Shown here: piece by piece, positions 9,900-23,949 of the stretch
Layout: every line of letters begins with the position of its first letter
Numbering within the stretch: position 1 is the first letter of the stretch
NCBI GenBank assembly: GCA_963829055.1
Contig: CAWHHI010000020.1
Span: 928,001 to 992,000, forward strand
Origin: an uncultured Gemmatimonadaceae bacterium
Lineage (GTDB): Bacteria; Gemmatimonadota; Gemmatimonadetes; Gemmatimonadales; Gemmatimonadaceae
Length of the DNA stretch: 64,000 nucleotides
Direction of reading: 5' to 3'
The notes under the pieces: model-generated
Seen by the model: only the letters and a program-made list of their open reading frames with translations
What the model was told of the DNA's origin: nothing
Databases searched by the model: none
Position numbers and translations under genes: made by a program

Positions 9900-12555
9900 T
9901 CAATCCGTTCGCAATGCCACGAGCGGATCGACATGCATCGCCCGGCGCGCGGGAACGACAGTGGCGATGATTCCGATCAGCACGATGCACGCGGACGCCG
10001 CGGCGTACACGGCCGTATCACCGGGGGTCACCCCGAAGAGCATTGATGCGACCACGCGTGATAGTACCGCCGCACTCGTTAGGCCGATCGCGAGTCCGGT
10101 CAGCATCAGTGCTGCCGCGTTGCGGGCGAGCAGATGCAGCACGTCGCGACGCTGGGCGCCCATCGCCACGCGGATGCCGATTTCCTTCGTTCGTTGTGTC
10201 ACGGAGTAGGCCATCACGCCGTACAGTCCGACGGCCGCCAGAAACAGCGCCACGCTCGCCAGAACGGTCAGCAGGCTAGCTGCCGTCTTCTGCTCATAGA
10301 GCGGCGCGGCGGTGAATTCGCCCAGGGAAAGGGCATTGAACACCGGCACCGCCGGCTCGAGGGCCCGCACCTCTCGGCGGATCGCGGCCACGGCTTCATC
10401 CACCGAGCCGCTCGTGCGGACGAGGAACGTGAATGGGAACTCGGGCCGGTAGACCTGCCGCATTGGAACGTAGAAATAGGGTGCCGGTCGTTCGGTGAGC
10501 CGATACGTCTTGATGTCCGGCACGACGCCGATGATGGTGAATGGCTTTCCCCACCCGTCCACCTGTCGACCGATCACGGAACCACCGTGGAGGAATCGCC
10601 TCACGAACTCCTCGTTCACGATCATCACCGGCGCGTGCGCACTGTCGTCCTGGATTGTGAAGTCGCGACCTTCACGCATTGGCACCCTCAGCACATCGAA
10701 GTACCCAGGGGCAACGACGGCGCGGTAGATCTTCATGTTCTCGCTCGGGTCGGGAGCGTAGCCCTCGATCCGCAGGTCCTCCCACGATCCTGCCCCGACG
10801 GTGAGCGGTACGTAGTCCGTGTAGCTGACAGCCGTGACGCCTGGCTGACGCTCAAGTCGCTCGCGCACGGCCCGCATGAACGCGTCGCCCTGTGGTCCGT
10901 CATAGCCTGCCGCGGACAGGCTGACGGCCCCGATCGCGACGCCACGCGAGTCGAATCCGGGCTGCACCGCGCGAACGACGAAAAAGCTCTTCATGAACAA
11001 TCCGGCTCCCACGAGTGCCACGACGGTGAGGGCCATCTCACCTCGCCACGAGCAATCCCCGGAGTCGCCCGGACCGTGCGGACCCCGTCATGCCTCGGCT
11101 CCCTGCGCCGAGGGCGTCGCCGAGCTGTTCGCGGGCGACGTACCAGGCCGGTGCAATTCCCGCCAGAATGGTGACCGCGCACGCCAGGCCGGCCGTGAAG
11201 GCGAGCACGCGTGCATCGAGGTGAGGCCGCAGCAGCGTGGGTACGGCCAGGTCCGGCACGAAAAATCGCAACGAGCCGCTGAGCCAATGAGCCACGAGCA
11301 GCCCGAGTGCCGAGCCGGCAGTCGTGAGTACGGCGGATTCCGTCAACAGCTGCCTAACGAGCCGAGCGCGGGGGGCGCCCAGCGCGAGGCGTAGACTCAT
11401 CTCGCGTCGGCGATTCATGGCGCGGGCCAACAAGAGGTTGGCCATGTTGGCGCAGACGATGAGCAGCACGACCGCGCCGGCGCCCGTCAGCATTCCGAGC
11501 GGTGCTCTCAGCCGATCGTGGACGCCATAGTGCGATAGCGACACCGGCAGCATCGCGGCAGTCATCCCTCGATTGGTGTTCGGATGCACCTCCGCGAGGC
11601 GGGACACGGCCGATGCGAGATCCGCGCGGGCCTGCTCGATCGTGACGCCGGCGGCGAGTCGCGCCAGGACGCGGAACATTCGCGTCTTCCGATCCTTGAG
11701 GAATGATCCGCCGTTCGGGTCCAGATGGCTGATCATCGTCGCCGGCACCCAGAGCTCGAACTCGCTACCCGGCATCGACCCGTGAAACCCCCGGGGAGCG
11801 ACGCCAATGATGGTGAAAGGGTAGCGGTTGATGCGTATCGGAGACCCGATGACTGCAGGGTCGCTTTGGTAACGACCGGCCCACAGCGCGTAGCTGATGA
11901 CCGCGACCGCGGGTGAGCCCGCCGCGTCTCCGCGCTCGCCTGCCGAGAAGAAGCGACCGCGCAGAGGTTGGATGCGCAGCACGTCGAAGAAGTTGCCCGA
12001 GACGAGCTCGCCCCAGCGACGCTCGATGGCCCCATCGCTGCCTAACGCTAACCCGGTCGGCAATGAGACCGTCATGGACTCGACGGTTCGCAACCGATTG
12101 CGGAGGTCGCGGAAGTCCGGGTACGACGTCGGCGTCCATTCGCTCGACGGCGTGACGCCCTCTATCGCCACGACGCGGGCGGGGTCGGCGGCGCCTGGCA
12201 ACGCGTCCAGCAGCACGGCTCGCCGCCAGCTGAACACCGTCGCATTGGCCGCGATCCCGATCGCCAGTGTGAGGATGGCCGCCGAGGCGAGTGCCGGGCT
12301 CCGTCGGAGCTGGCGCAGCGCGTAGCGGACGTCCATGGCGAACGAGTCGATCGTCGGCCACTGCCAGACTTCGCGGCTCGTCTCCTCGATTGCCGTCACG
12401 TTGCCGAACTTCCGGCGCGCAGCCGCCGTGGCGTCCACGCGTGACATGCCGCTAGCCATGAGCGACTCGACCGTCTCCTCGAGGTGGGCACTGATCTCAG
12501 CCGAGAGATCGTCGTGCTGGCGACGGCGCGTGAACAGCTGGGCAACCCAGTTCAT
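9900..12555 (-). CDS. Duplicated orphan ABC-type permease (MacB/FtsX x2, ADOP-like); frameshift near 11037
   Basis: DVRYALRQLRRSP, CANMANLLLAR...RRREMSLRLALGA, GLYGVMAYSVTQRTKEIGIRVAMGA, PARRAMHVDPLVALR. Confidence 0.9.
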
Positions 12556-12923
12556 GATTCACCCAAGGCGAGGACGCGGGTGATCCCTTCCAGCATTTTC
12601 TCGAAGGAGGAGACCTGCCGGGCGAGGTGTTTCGCGCCTTCTGGTGTCAGGTGGTAGATGCGTACGCGACGGTTGCTGGACGAAACGCCCCATTCGGCTT
12701 TCACCAGTCCACCCTTGAGCAGGCGCTGCAGCGCGGGATAGAGCGACCCCTCTTCCACCTGCAGCAGGTCGTTGGATGCCTGGTGAATCCGCTGGACGAG
12801 CGCGTAGCCGTGGAGCGGCTGCTGCTTGAGGAGGCGCAGGACCATCATCTCCAGCGCACCGGGGAAGAGATCGCGTTGGTCGTCGGGTTTCATGAACGAG
12901 TCCGGGCGAACCTGTTTACTCAA
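12552..12923 (-). CDS. PadR family transcriptional regulator (start 12923 or 12893)
   Basis: GALEMMVL, LHGYALVQRI, VEEGSLYPALQRL. Stop overlaps the permease ATG. Confidence 0.9.
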   Translation of the reverse strand: MSKQVRPDSFMKPDDQRDLFPGALEMMVLRLLKQQPLHGYALVQRIHQASNDLLQVEEGSLYPALQRLLKGGLVKAEWGVSSSNRRVRIYHLTPEGAKHLARQVSSFEKMLEGITRVLALGES

Positions 12924-13205
12924 TGCCTAGAGCAAAATAGCCTTCTCCGACGGAGGGTGTCAAGCGTGTCCACGCGCGACATAACAACCCGCTCGGAATG
13001 AGCGTGGTTAGACGGCGGTTTGGCGCGCTCGGGTCGCAATTGCGTGCGCATACGTTCAAATGCGACAAGCACGCAACGACCTGATCCATAACCGCTCGGC
13101 CAGACAGCACCATTTCGGCACGTTGGCCCGGACGCTCGCCTCGAGGCGGCGTGACTCCGACGACCGTGGACCGACTGACAATGGGTTCGGTGCAATTGCA
13201 AATGC

Positions 13206-13611
13206 GTGAGCCAGACTGGCGACAGCGCGGACGCGCTGCCGCAGACCGTCCTTCTCGTGGACGACGATCCGGACATGCGGCTCTACCTGCGGAGCTGTCT
13301 CCGCGGGCCTCGCGTTGCCGTTCGACCGCGTGATCGAAGCGGGCGATGGGCTGGAAGCGCTGCGCCTGGTCAGATCCGGGACCGTCAGCCTCGTGATCAG
13401 CGACGTGGGCCTCCCGGGCCTCGACGGCCGACGGCTGTCCCGGGCGATTCGCGACGATGCGGCCCTGCATCACGTGTCCGTCCTCCTCGTGAGCGGTGAC
13501 GGTGTCATGGGGGACAGCACCGCCGACGGCTTTCTCAGCAAGCCGTTCAACAGTCACCAGCTCCTCGCCGCACTCGACGCACTGCCACCCCGACGTTTCG
13601 CCTCGCCATAG
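13206..13611 (+). CDS. Single-domain response regulator (REC); frameshift near 13315
   Basis: VLLVDDDPDMR, then EAGDGLEAL, ISDVGLPGLDG and FLSKPF in the next frame. Confidence 0.75.
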
Positions 13612-13671
13612 ACACGACACAGCAGTCCACGTTAGGCGCCGTTCACACCCCGACCCATACAAGAGGTCACC

Positions 13672-14277
13672 ATGGAGTTCCGCCGATTCGCCCAGCGCGC
13701 CGCCGGATGCGCGCTCGTCATCCTCGCCGTCGCCCCCGAGCGCACGCAGGCGCAGAAGCAGGGCATGACGCCCGCGCTCGAGAGCGTCCGCAAGCTGCTC
13801 GACAAGTACAACGATCCGATCGTCGCCGTGCACGATGGCTTCTACTCGTCGGTCGCCTGCATCTCGTATCCCAGCGGTGGCGGCGAGGGATCCATGCGCT
13901 ATGCCGCGGGCGCCATGGGCGTGCACTTCCTGAACATGGGGAACGTCGGGCCCAAGCTCGACCCGTCCAAGCCGCAGGTGCTGATCTACGAGCCGCAGGG
14001 CGACAAGCTCCGTCTCGTCGCCGCCGAGTGGTTCATGCCCGCCGAGCTTGCCGGCGGGAAGGCGCCGTCGATCCTCGGTCAGGAGTTGGGCGGACCGATG
14101 GAAGGTCACAAGCCGGTCATGCCGGACGGGCTGCACCACTACGACCTGCACGTCTGGCTGTGGAAGACGAATCCGGAAGGCGTCTTCTCGCCGACCAACC
14201 CCGCCGTGAAGTGTCCGACGACTGGATACTCGTTCGCGGAAGCAGCGCCGAAGATGGTCCACTCGCAGCAGAAGTAG
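13672..14277 (+). CDS. Secreted hypothetical protein
   Basis: Signal peptide. Conserved-looking MGVHFLN, PQVLIYEP and YDLHVWLWKTNPEGVFSPTNP segments. Confidence 0.8.
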   Translation: MEFRRFAQRAAGCALVILAVAPERTQAQKQGMTPALESVRKLLDKYNDPIVAVHDGFYSSVACISYPSGGGEGSMRYAAGAMGVHFLNMGNVGPKLDPSKPQVLIYEPQGDKLRLVAAEWFMPAELAGGKAPSILGQELGGPMEGHKPVMPDGLHHYDLHVWLWKTNPEGVFSPTNPAVKCPTTGYSFAEAAPKMVHSQQK

Positions 14278-14280
14278 CGG

Positions 14281-17266
14281 ATGACCACTGCCGCCCGCGC
14301 CTGCCCGTCCTGCCATACTCCGCTTCCGGACGAAGCGCATTTCTGCCTGCACTGCGGTACGGCGACGCCGACCGAGCCGGGCGTTCCGGCTCGCACGGCG
14401 GCGACCGACGTGAGCGAGATCGTCCGGGTGCGGAAGGCGCTCGCCGGCCGAGGCTACGCGATCGAGCGCGTACTCGGCGAAGGCGGTATGGCGACCGTCT
14501 ACCTGGCCACCGACGTGAAGCACCGCCGCCACGTCGCGGTCAAGGTGATGCGTCCCGAGCTGGCCGCGACGTTAGGCGCGGAGCGGTTTCTCCGCGAGGT
14601 GGAGATCGCGGCACAGCTCAGCCATCCACACGTCCTGCCCGTGCACGACTCGGGAGAATCGGACGGCGTGCTGTTCTACGTCATGCCGTACGTGGAGGGC
14701 GAGTCGCTGCACGAGCGAATCAAGCGTGAGACGCAGTTGCCGGTGGAAGAAGCACTCCGCATCGCGCGCGAGGTTGGTGAGGCGCTCGCGTATGCCCATG
14801 GCAAGAAGATCGTCCATCGCGATATCAAGCCGGCCAACATCATGCTCTCGGCCGGCCACGCGCTCGTCGCGGATTTCGGGATCGCGCGAGCCGTAGGCGG
14901 CGGGGCGGCGATCACACAGACCGGGTTCGCCGTCGGCACCCCGCAGTATATGAGTCCCGAGCAGGCCAGCGGCTCGGCCATGGTCGACGGGCGGAGCGAC
15001 GTGTTCGCGTTAGGCTGCGTCGTGTACGAGATGCTGGCCGGCGAGCCGCCATTCACCGGGCCCAACGCGCAGGCTATCGTCACTCGCAGCCTGACCGAGG
15101 CGCCGCGCTCTCTCACGGCCACGCGCGAGGGCATCTCGCCGGCGATCGAAGCGGTGGTCACTCGCGCGCTGACGAAGAACCCTGCCGACCGCTGGCAGAC
15201 CGCAGCAGAGTTCGCCAAGGCGTTAGGCGGGGCCGAGGATCAGCTGCGGCTCGGTCCCATCTCGGGCGCACGGACGCCGGCGCCCATGGCGGTCGCGGGA
15301 TCGGGGCCGGCGGCGGCGACGGTCTGGACGACGTTCGGCATCGCCGGCGTGATGGCGTTGGGTCTCATCTTCGGTCTGGTGCGGCGCTGGGGGCTTCCCG
15401 TCTGGGCGCTCGGCGTCGCGGTGCTCTTCCTCGCGATCGGCGCGCTGGTGCTCGTCGTGACCGGGAAGATGGAAGGCAGAAGGACCGCGGGCGGCAGCGT
15501 CACGGGGCCCGCGGCGCTGTTCACCTGGCGGAACGCCACCCTGGGTGGCGTCGCCGCGTTAGGTCTGTGGGCCGTCCTCGCCACCGTCCTCGTGTTTCGC
15601 GGCCCGGCCAGCGCGTCGGAGCCCAGTTCGGGAGTCAGGCTCGCGGTGCTGCCGTTCGAGAACCGCGGTGCCGCGGACGACAACTACTTCGTGGACGGCG
15701 TCGCCGACCAGGTCCGCGGAAAGCTCATGGGCCTCAAGGGCTTCCAGGTCACGGCCCGCACCAGCTCCGATCAGTACAAGGCGACGAAGAAGACGCCGCA
15801 GGAGATCGGGACCGAGCTCGGTGTCGACTACCTGCTCACGTCCACCGTGTCGTGGGCGAAGGCGGCCGGCACGAAGGGCCGAGTGCAGGTGGTGCCGGAG
15901 TTGATCGACGTGAAGACGGGCGCCGGAAAGTGGCAGCAGAGCTTCGACGCCGAGCTGACGGACATCTTCCAGGTGCAGGGCGACATCGCGACGCAGGTGG
16001 CTGGCGCGCTCAACGTCGCGCTCGCGCCGGCCGAGAAGCAGGAGATCGCCGAGCGGCCGACGAAGAATCTCGCCGCGTACGACCTGTTCCTCAAAGCCAA
16101 GGCTCTGACTGGGAACGACCCGGCGACCCTCCGACAGGCCGTGGCCTACAACGAGCAGGCGGTCGCGCTCGACTCGACGTTCACGGACGCGTGGATCGGG
16201 CTGGGAGTCAACCTGTCGAACCTGTACTTCATGGGCACGCCCGACCCCGATCTCGCGACCCGCGCTCGAAGGGCGGTGGACCACGCGACGGCGCTCGCGC
16301 CGGACAAGGTCGGCACCCGTTCAGCGCGAAGCACGTACTTCAACAGCGTCGCCAACGACCTGACCGCGGCCGACGCGGAGGTCACCGAAGCGATGCGCGT
16401 GGCGCCTAACGACGCCGGCGTGCTGCGGATGGCATCGGGCATGGAGGCACGACGCGGTCGCTGGCAGGAATCGCTGGCTCACGCCGAGCAGGCCATGCGC
16501 CTCGATCCACGCTCCAGAGGGTCGAAGATCACGCTGTACGACAAGCTGGCTCCGCCTGCACAAGTTCCCGGAGGCGGTCGTGCTGGGTCGCGAGGCCATG
16601 GCCGACCGCCCGCGGGACCTCAACACGGCGAACAGCCTCGCCCTTCTGTATCTGATGCAGGGCGACCTCGCGTCCGCGCAGGCGGTGATCCGGAACGTCC
16701 CGGCCGACGTGCCACGCACCGCGGTCGCGACGTACTTCGCGATCTACCAGGATCTGTACTGGGTGCTGGAAGACGACGACCAGAAGCTCGTCATGCGCCT
16801 CGGCCCCTCGATGTTCGACAACGACCGGGCCACGTGGGCGGCGGTCCAGATGCAGATCGCGACGCTGCGTGGGGACAAGACGCGCGCACGGGCATTCGCG
16901 GACACGGCGCAGGCGGAGTTCACGAAGCAGCTGCAGCTGACGCCTAACGATCCACAGCAGCACATCTTCCGCGGGCTCGCACTGGCCACGCTGGGCCGGA
17001 AAGACGAGGCCATCGCGGAGGCGACGCGTGGGGCGAGCTTCAATCCGCTCAGCCAGGATCAGGTCAACGGCCCGTACTACCAGCACCAGCTGATGCGAGT
17101 CTACCTCCAGGCGGGGGAGAACGAGAAGGCGATCGATGTGTTGGAGGAGCTACTCAAGATCCCCTACCTGCTGACACCGGCGCGGATCCGAATCGATCCC
17201 ACCTTCGCACCGCTCAAGGGCAATCCGCGGTTCGAGAAGCTGCTCAAAGGAGCAGAAGCGTCATGA
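14281..17266 (+). CDS. Ser/Thr protein kinase with zinc ribbon, TM helices, TolB_N and TPR domains; frameshift near 16550
   Basis: CPSC..CLHCG, GEGGMATVY, HRDIKPAN, DFG, GTPQYMSPE, hydrophobic helices, LAVLPFEN, TPR tail ending PTFAPLKGNPRF. Confidence 0.9.
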
Positions 17267-17386
17267 ACAGCGAACGGCTCGAAGGGCCGTGCGCTCTGTA
17301 GCGCCGTCCGCCCTGTCCATGTCGAGTGTCCTCACTACTGCCCTGGCGGGTCGCTACCGCAAGCGCGCCGTCGACGCGGCCAACTC

Positions 17387-18448
17387 ATGAGCGACGCGAT
17401 CACCTCGTTGCGGTCGCTCGCCGCCCGCTACCTCATCGAGCGCGAGCTCGGCTCGGGCGGCATGGCGACCGTCTTCCTCGCCCAGGACCTCAAGCACAAC
17501 CGGCAGGTCGCGGTGAAGGTGCTCAAGCCGGAGTTGGCTGCATCGATAGGCGCAGAGCGCTTTCTCCGGGAGATCGAGACGACCGCGAATCTGCGTCACC
17601 CGCACATCCTGCCGCTCTACGATTCGGGCGAGGTGCGCGGCGCTCTCTACTACGTCATGCCGTTCGTGGAAGGCGAGTCACTGCGTGACCGGCTCAAGCG
17701 CGACCACCAGCTGCCCATTGAGGACGCACTCCGCTTTGCGCGCGAAGTGTCCGACGCGCTCAGCTATGCCCACGCCCGTGGCGTCGTCCACCGCGACATC
17801 AAACCGGAGAACATCCTGCTCGAGAGCGGTCACGCGGTAGTCGCGGACTTCGGGATCGCGCGGGCCGTCCGCGCAGCGGGGTCCGAGTCGCTCACCGGCG
17901 CCGGCATGAGCGTCGGGACGCCCGCCTACATGAGCCCGGAGCAGGCGGCAGGCGAAGTGGACATCGACGGGCGCAGCGACCTGTACGCGTTAGGCTGCGT
18001 GCTGTACGAGATGCTGGCCGGCCAGCCGCCGTTCACCGGGCCCACGGGGGCGTCCCTCATCAGGCAGCACATGGTCGCGGAGCCGCCGCCGATCTCCAAT
18101 CTTCGCCCCGCGGTACCCGCGCCCGTGATCGCCGCACTCGAGCGCGCGCTCGCCAAGGCTCCAGCCGACCGCTTCGCCCGTCTCACGGAATTCACCGCCG
18201 CACTGCGGCTCGCGGAAACGACGCCGGTACCATCGAGCGCCGCCGTGCCGCCCGACGTACCGTCGCACCGTCACCGACGTGTCGCAGTGATCGGTGCCAT
18301 CATCGCCATCCTGCTTGGCCTCGCGTTCGCCCTCTGGTGGCGCACGGCCGCGAGCGCGACCGGCGACGTGACGCCGCTCCGCGGAATGCCGGAGTTCGAC
18401 CGGATCGTCGCGAAGGCAGCGCGGCGCGTGGCGGAGTTCAGCGCATGA
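17387..18448 (+). CDS. Ser/Thr kinase with one TM helix and a collapsed C-terminal region
   Basis: Complete kinase motifs, a TM helix, then directly the terminal segment PLRGMPEFDRIVAKAARRVAEFSA*. Confidence 0.85.
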   Translation: MSDAITSLRSLAARYLIERELGSGGMATVFLAQDLKHNRQVAVKVLKPELAASIGAERFLREIETTANLRHPHILPLYDSGEVRGALYYVMPFVEGESLRDRLKRDHQLPIEDALRFAREVSDALSYAHARGVVHRDIKPENILLESGHAVVADFGIARAVRAAGSESLTGAGMSVGTPAYMSPEQAAGEVDIDGRSDLYALGCVLYEMLAGQPPFTGPTGASLIRQHMVAEPPPISNLRPAVPAPVIAALERALAKAPADRFARLTEFTAALRLAETTPVPSSAAVPPDVPSHRHRRVAVIGAIIAILLGLAFALWWRTAASATGDVTPLRGMPEFDRIVAKAARRVAEFSA

Positions 18449-18507
18449 GCGTCGGCGAGCCGCTCGCTTCCGCGAACAAATCTTGAACGTTCCCTAACGA
18501 GGCCGTC

Positions 18508-20454
18508 ATGGGCTTTCCTATACCCGCAGCATTGCTCCTCGCGACGGCGTTGTTTCAGGAATCCGTCACGCCGCCACCGGCGCGGCTCCCGCTTCCGCGC
18601 CCGGTCGCCAACGCGCCGATCGCTCAGGTCAATGACAACCGACAGCCCGCCGGCACTCTGGCGAACGGGCACGCTGACGCTGTCGCTCGACATCGTCGAA
18701 GCGGCGTATCAGGCCGAAGGCGAGCACGATCCCGTCGTGCGCGTGCTGGCGTTCGCCGAAACGGGCAAGGCGCCGCAGGTACCGGGCCCACTGCTCCGCG
18801 CGCCGCTCGGCACCGTCGTGCGATCTCACGGTGCGGAACCGCTCGGACTCCGCGGTGATGTTCGGCGGCCTTCGACAATCGCTCCCAGCGAGCCGTGACA
18901 CGGTGCACATCGCTGCCGGCGCAACACGCGAGATCACGTTCAGGCTCGACAAGGTCGGAAACTTCTTCTACTGGGCCGCGCTCGAGGGTCTCAGCACGTT
19001 CGAGGACCGCTACTGGCTCGATTCGCAGCTCACGGCAGCGTTCATCGTCGACGCGCCTAACGCGTCGCCTTCCGCGAACGAGCGCGTCTGGCTGATCACC
19101 GAGTGGTTTTTCCAGCCGCCGAAAGTGCGCGAGTTCGAATCGGCACTGACGTTCAACGGAAAGGCGTGGCCGTACAACGAGCGCCTGACGTTCACGCAGG
19201 GCGACTCGGTTCACTTCCGCATGATCAACGCGGCAGCGGTCGAGCATCCGCTGCACCTGCACGGCTTCTACTTCCGCGTGACGCGCCATGGCGGCACAGG
19301 CGCGGACACCGTGGTCGCCGCCTCGCTGCAGCCGCTGCAGAACATGCGGGTGATTCCGATCGGCGGGTCGCTGTCGCTCTCGTTCCTCCCGACGACACCG
19401 GGCAACTGGGTCTTCCACTGTCACTTCGCGGGCCACGTCGGCGAGATCGTGAGCCTGCACGACGCAACCGATGCGCAGCACGTGCCTAACGCTGGCGGCC
19501 ACGCGATGCCGGAGCACGACAAGCCCGGCGGCCACACGATGCGCGGACTGGTGATCGGCATGCACGTCACGCCCGCGCCCGGCTACAAGGAGCCGGAAGT
19601 CGCGAATCGGCGGACGATCAATCTGCTCATCCAGAAGCGGCCGAACGGGCTCGTCGGAGGACAGACCGCGTACGGATTCGTGCTGCAGAAAGGCGCCGAA
19701 GTGCCAGCGAGGGACTCCGTCGTGCTTCCGGCACCCGTGCTCGAGCTCAAGCGCGGCGAGCCGGTTCGCATCGTCGTGAAGAACAACCTCGACGAGCCGA
19801 GCGGCGTGCACTGGCACGGACTGGAGATCGAGAGCTATCCGGATGGCGTCGCCGGACTTCAGCGGCATCGGCGACAGGATCATGCCGCCGATTCCGCCGG
19901 GCGAGTCGTTCGCCGCGGAGTTCACGCCGCCGCGGAGCGGCACGTTTCCCTATCATTCGCATCTGCACGAGATGCGGCAGATCGGCTCCGGGATGTACGG
20001 CGCGATCATCGTCAGCGATACGCCGCGCGATACCACGCGCGATCACGTGATCGTCGCCGGCGGCGGCGGGCTTCCTGTGTTCTACAAGCAGGCGCCCACG
20101 TTCCTGCTGGTGAACGGCGAGCGTGAATCCGGCGCCCGTGCGTCATGACCGTCGGGGACACGCAGCGCCTGCGCATCGTGAGCATTCACGCCGACGAGGT
20201 GCTGCATTTCAGATTCGGCACCGACGGCGAGTGCGACCCAGTGGACGCCGCTGGCGCGGGATGGCGCCGACCTCCCGGCCGCGTTGCGCACCCGGGCAGT
20301 CGCCATCACCGAGATGGGGCCGGGCGAGACCGCGGATTTCACGTACGTGCCGACTCAGCCTGGTGACATGATGCTCGAGGTGTGGATCCCGAGCGGCATG
20401 CGGATCGTGCTGCCCGTGATAGTGCGAGCTCGCCAAGTGGCGGCGAAGCCTTGA
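18508..20454 (+). CDS. Secreted multicopper oxidase-domain protein; frameshifts
   Basis: HPLHLHG, WVFHCHFAGH, GVHWHG and YHSHLHE..GMYGAIIV. Signal peptide. Confidence 0.85.
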
Positions 20455-20542
20455 TGAGCGGCGTGGTGGGCGGACTCGTCGGGGTGCCGGAATTCGAGCG
20501 CATCGTCGCGAAAGCGGCGCGGCGCGTGGCGGAGTTCGGCGC

Positions 20543-20546
<4 letters not shown>
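20454..20546 (+). pseudogene. 30-aa remnant matching a kinase C-terminus
   Basis: MSGVVGGLVGVPEFERIVAKAARRVAEFGA* is near-identical to the end of 17387-18448. It overlaps the upstream stop and the downstream ATG. Confidence 0.7.
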
Positions 20547-22913
<2,367 letters not shown>

Positions 22914-23007
22914 CGCCAAGATCCACATCGCACCGTAGACCGCCTAACGGGCGCTGCAACGGCTCGTCCACCTGCCTGAACCAACCCAGCCCTTCAGAGG
23001 CTTCAAA

Positions 23008-23283
23008 ATGTCCGGCACGTCTCCAGAACTCGACGCCATCATCACCGATCGCTACCGCATCGAACGACAGTGGCTCGCGGATGGAACGATCGCGTTCACG
23101 GTGTGGGGCAGCACCGACGCGGCCACACTGCGCCAGTTGACCGGACCCGGTCAGGCAAAGCCGATCGGCGCGCTCGGTCACGTCGCGAACCTGGTCAGCC
23201 TCTCGAAGGCCCTCGCGCGCGGCACGATCATGTGGCGCGAGTATCGGGGCGACGCGTGGATGTACCGGGTGGTGAAACCCTAA
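23008..23283 (+). pseudogene. Collapsed kinase gene (N-terminus joined to an unrelated-looking C-terminus)
   Basis: MSGTSPELDAIITDRYRIER followed by beta-rich sequence ending EYRGDAWMYRVVKP*. Confidence 0.6.
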
Positions 23284-23286
23284 CCA

Positions 23287-23949
23287 GTGTCAGATCCCTT
23301 GGATTCGAGATCCGTACGTAAGCGGACAACTGTCCAGTCAAAGGCTCTGACCCCTTGGCACACAGGGCATCGCGCAATCGTGGTGTGGTTGCTCCTGTTG
23401 CTTTCCTCGGCAACAGCGGCGGCCCAGGGCAAGTCGCCCGCGTCGATATCGCGCGCCTGGGACAGTGTCGAATCGATTTACGTCGTACGGTCGTGGCGGG
23501 AGTCCCGCATCGCACCGACGGATTTCTGTAGTGCGGCGCGCGCAGGGTTCCCCGGTGCGACCGTCGAGGATCGATACACGTTTCGCTCTGTAGGCACGAG
23601 CGCCGATGGAACAATTCGCGACGCGAACGTGAGAGTGGTCGGTCAACTGCACGCATGCTTCGCGATGCCCACCGACTCCGGCCCGATTGCGTTCTACGCT
23701 GATGGTTCGCTCGGTGAGGTCACGTTCACCGGTCGCGGTGAGTGTCGGACCGCGCGCACGGGCTTCCCAGAGGACGGACTGCTGATGCAGCGCTGCTTCC
23801 TTCTGCTCGAGGGCCTGAGCCACGGGCTCATCGGCGGTCACCTCACGACGAACACGATCAACTCCCGTCAGCCGCTCGGCGGGGTAACGGACCCCGCGGG
23901 CTATACGCAGTCGTCGATTGCCACCGTACGACTCTGGCGGCGTCGATGA
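23287..23949 (+). CDS. Secreted hypothetical protein (true start probably later)
   Basis: Hydrophobic signal VVWLLLLLSSATAAA and four Cys. Stop overlaps the next ATG. Confidence 0.7.
   Translation: MSDPLDSRSVRKRTTVQSKALTPWHTGHRAIVVWLLLLLSSATAAAQGKSPASISRAWDSVESIYVVRSWRESRIAPTDFCSAARAGFPGATVEDRYTFRSVGTSADGTIRDANVRVVGQLHACFAMPTDSGPIAFYADGSLGEVTFTGRGECRTARTGFPEDGLLMQRCFLLLEGLSHGLIGGHLTTNTINSRQPLGGVTDPAGYTQSSIATVRLWRRR

Noticed and set aside
13035..13200. Two GCAATTGC palindromes upstream of the REC gene
   Set aside because: Short and 150 bp apart; cannot be distinguished from chance.
12916..14532. Long antisense ORFs (also 51496-53220, 36102-37448, 28545-29576)
   Set aside because: These are shadows of real genes on the other strand or frame, which is expected in high-GC DNA. 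They have Arg/Pro-rich composition and no motifs.
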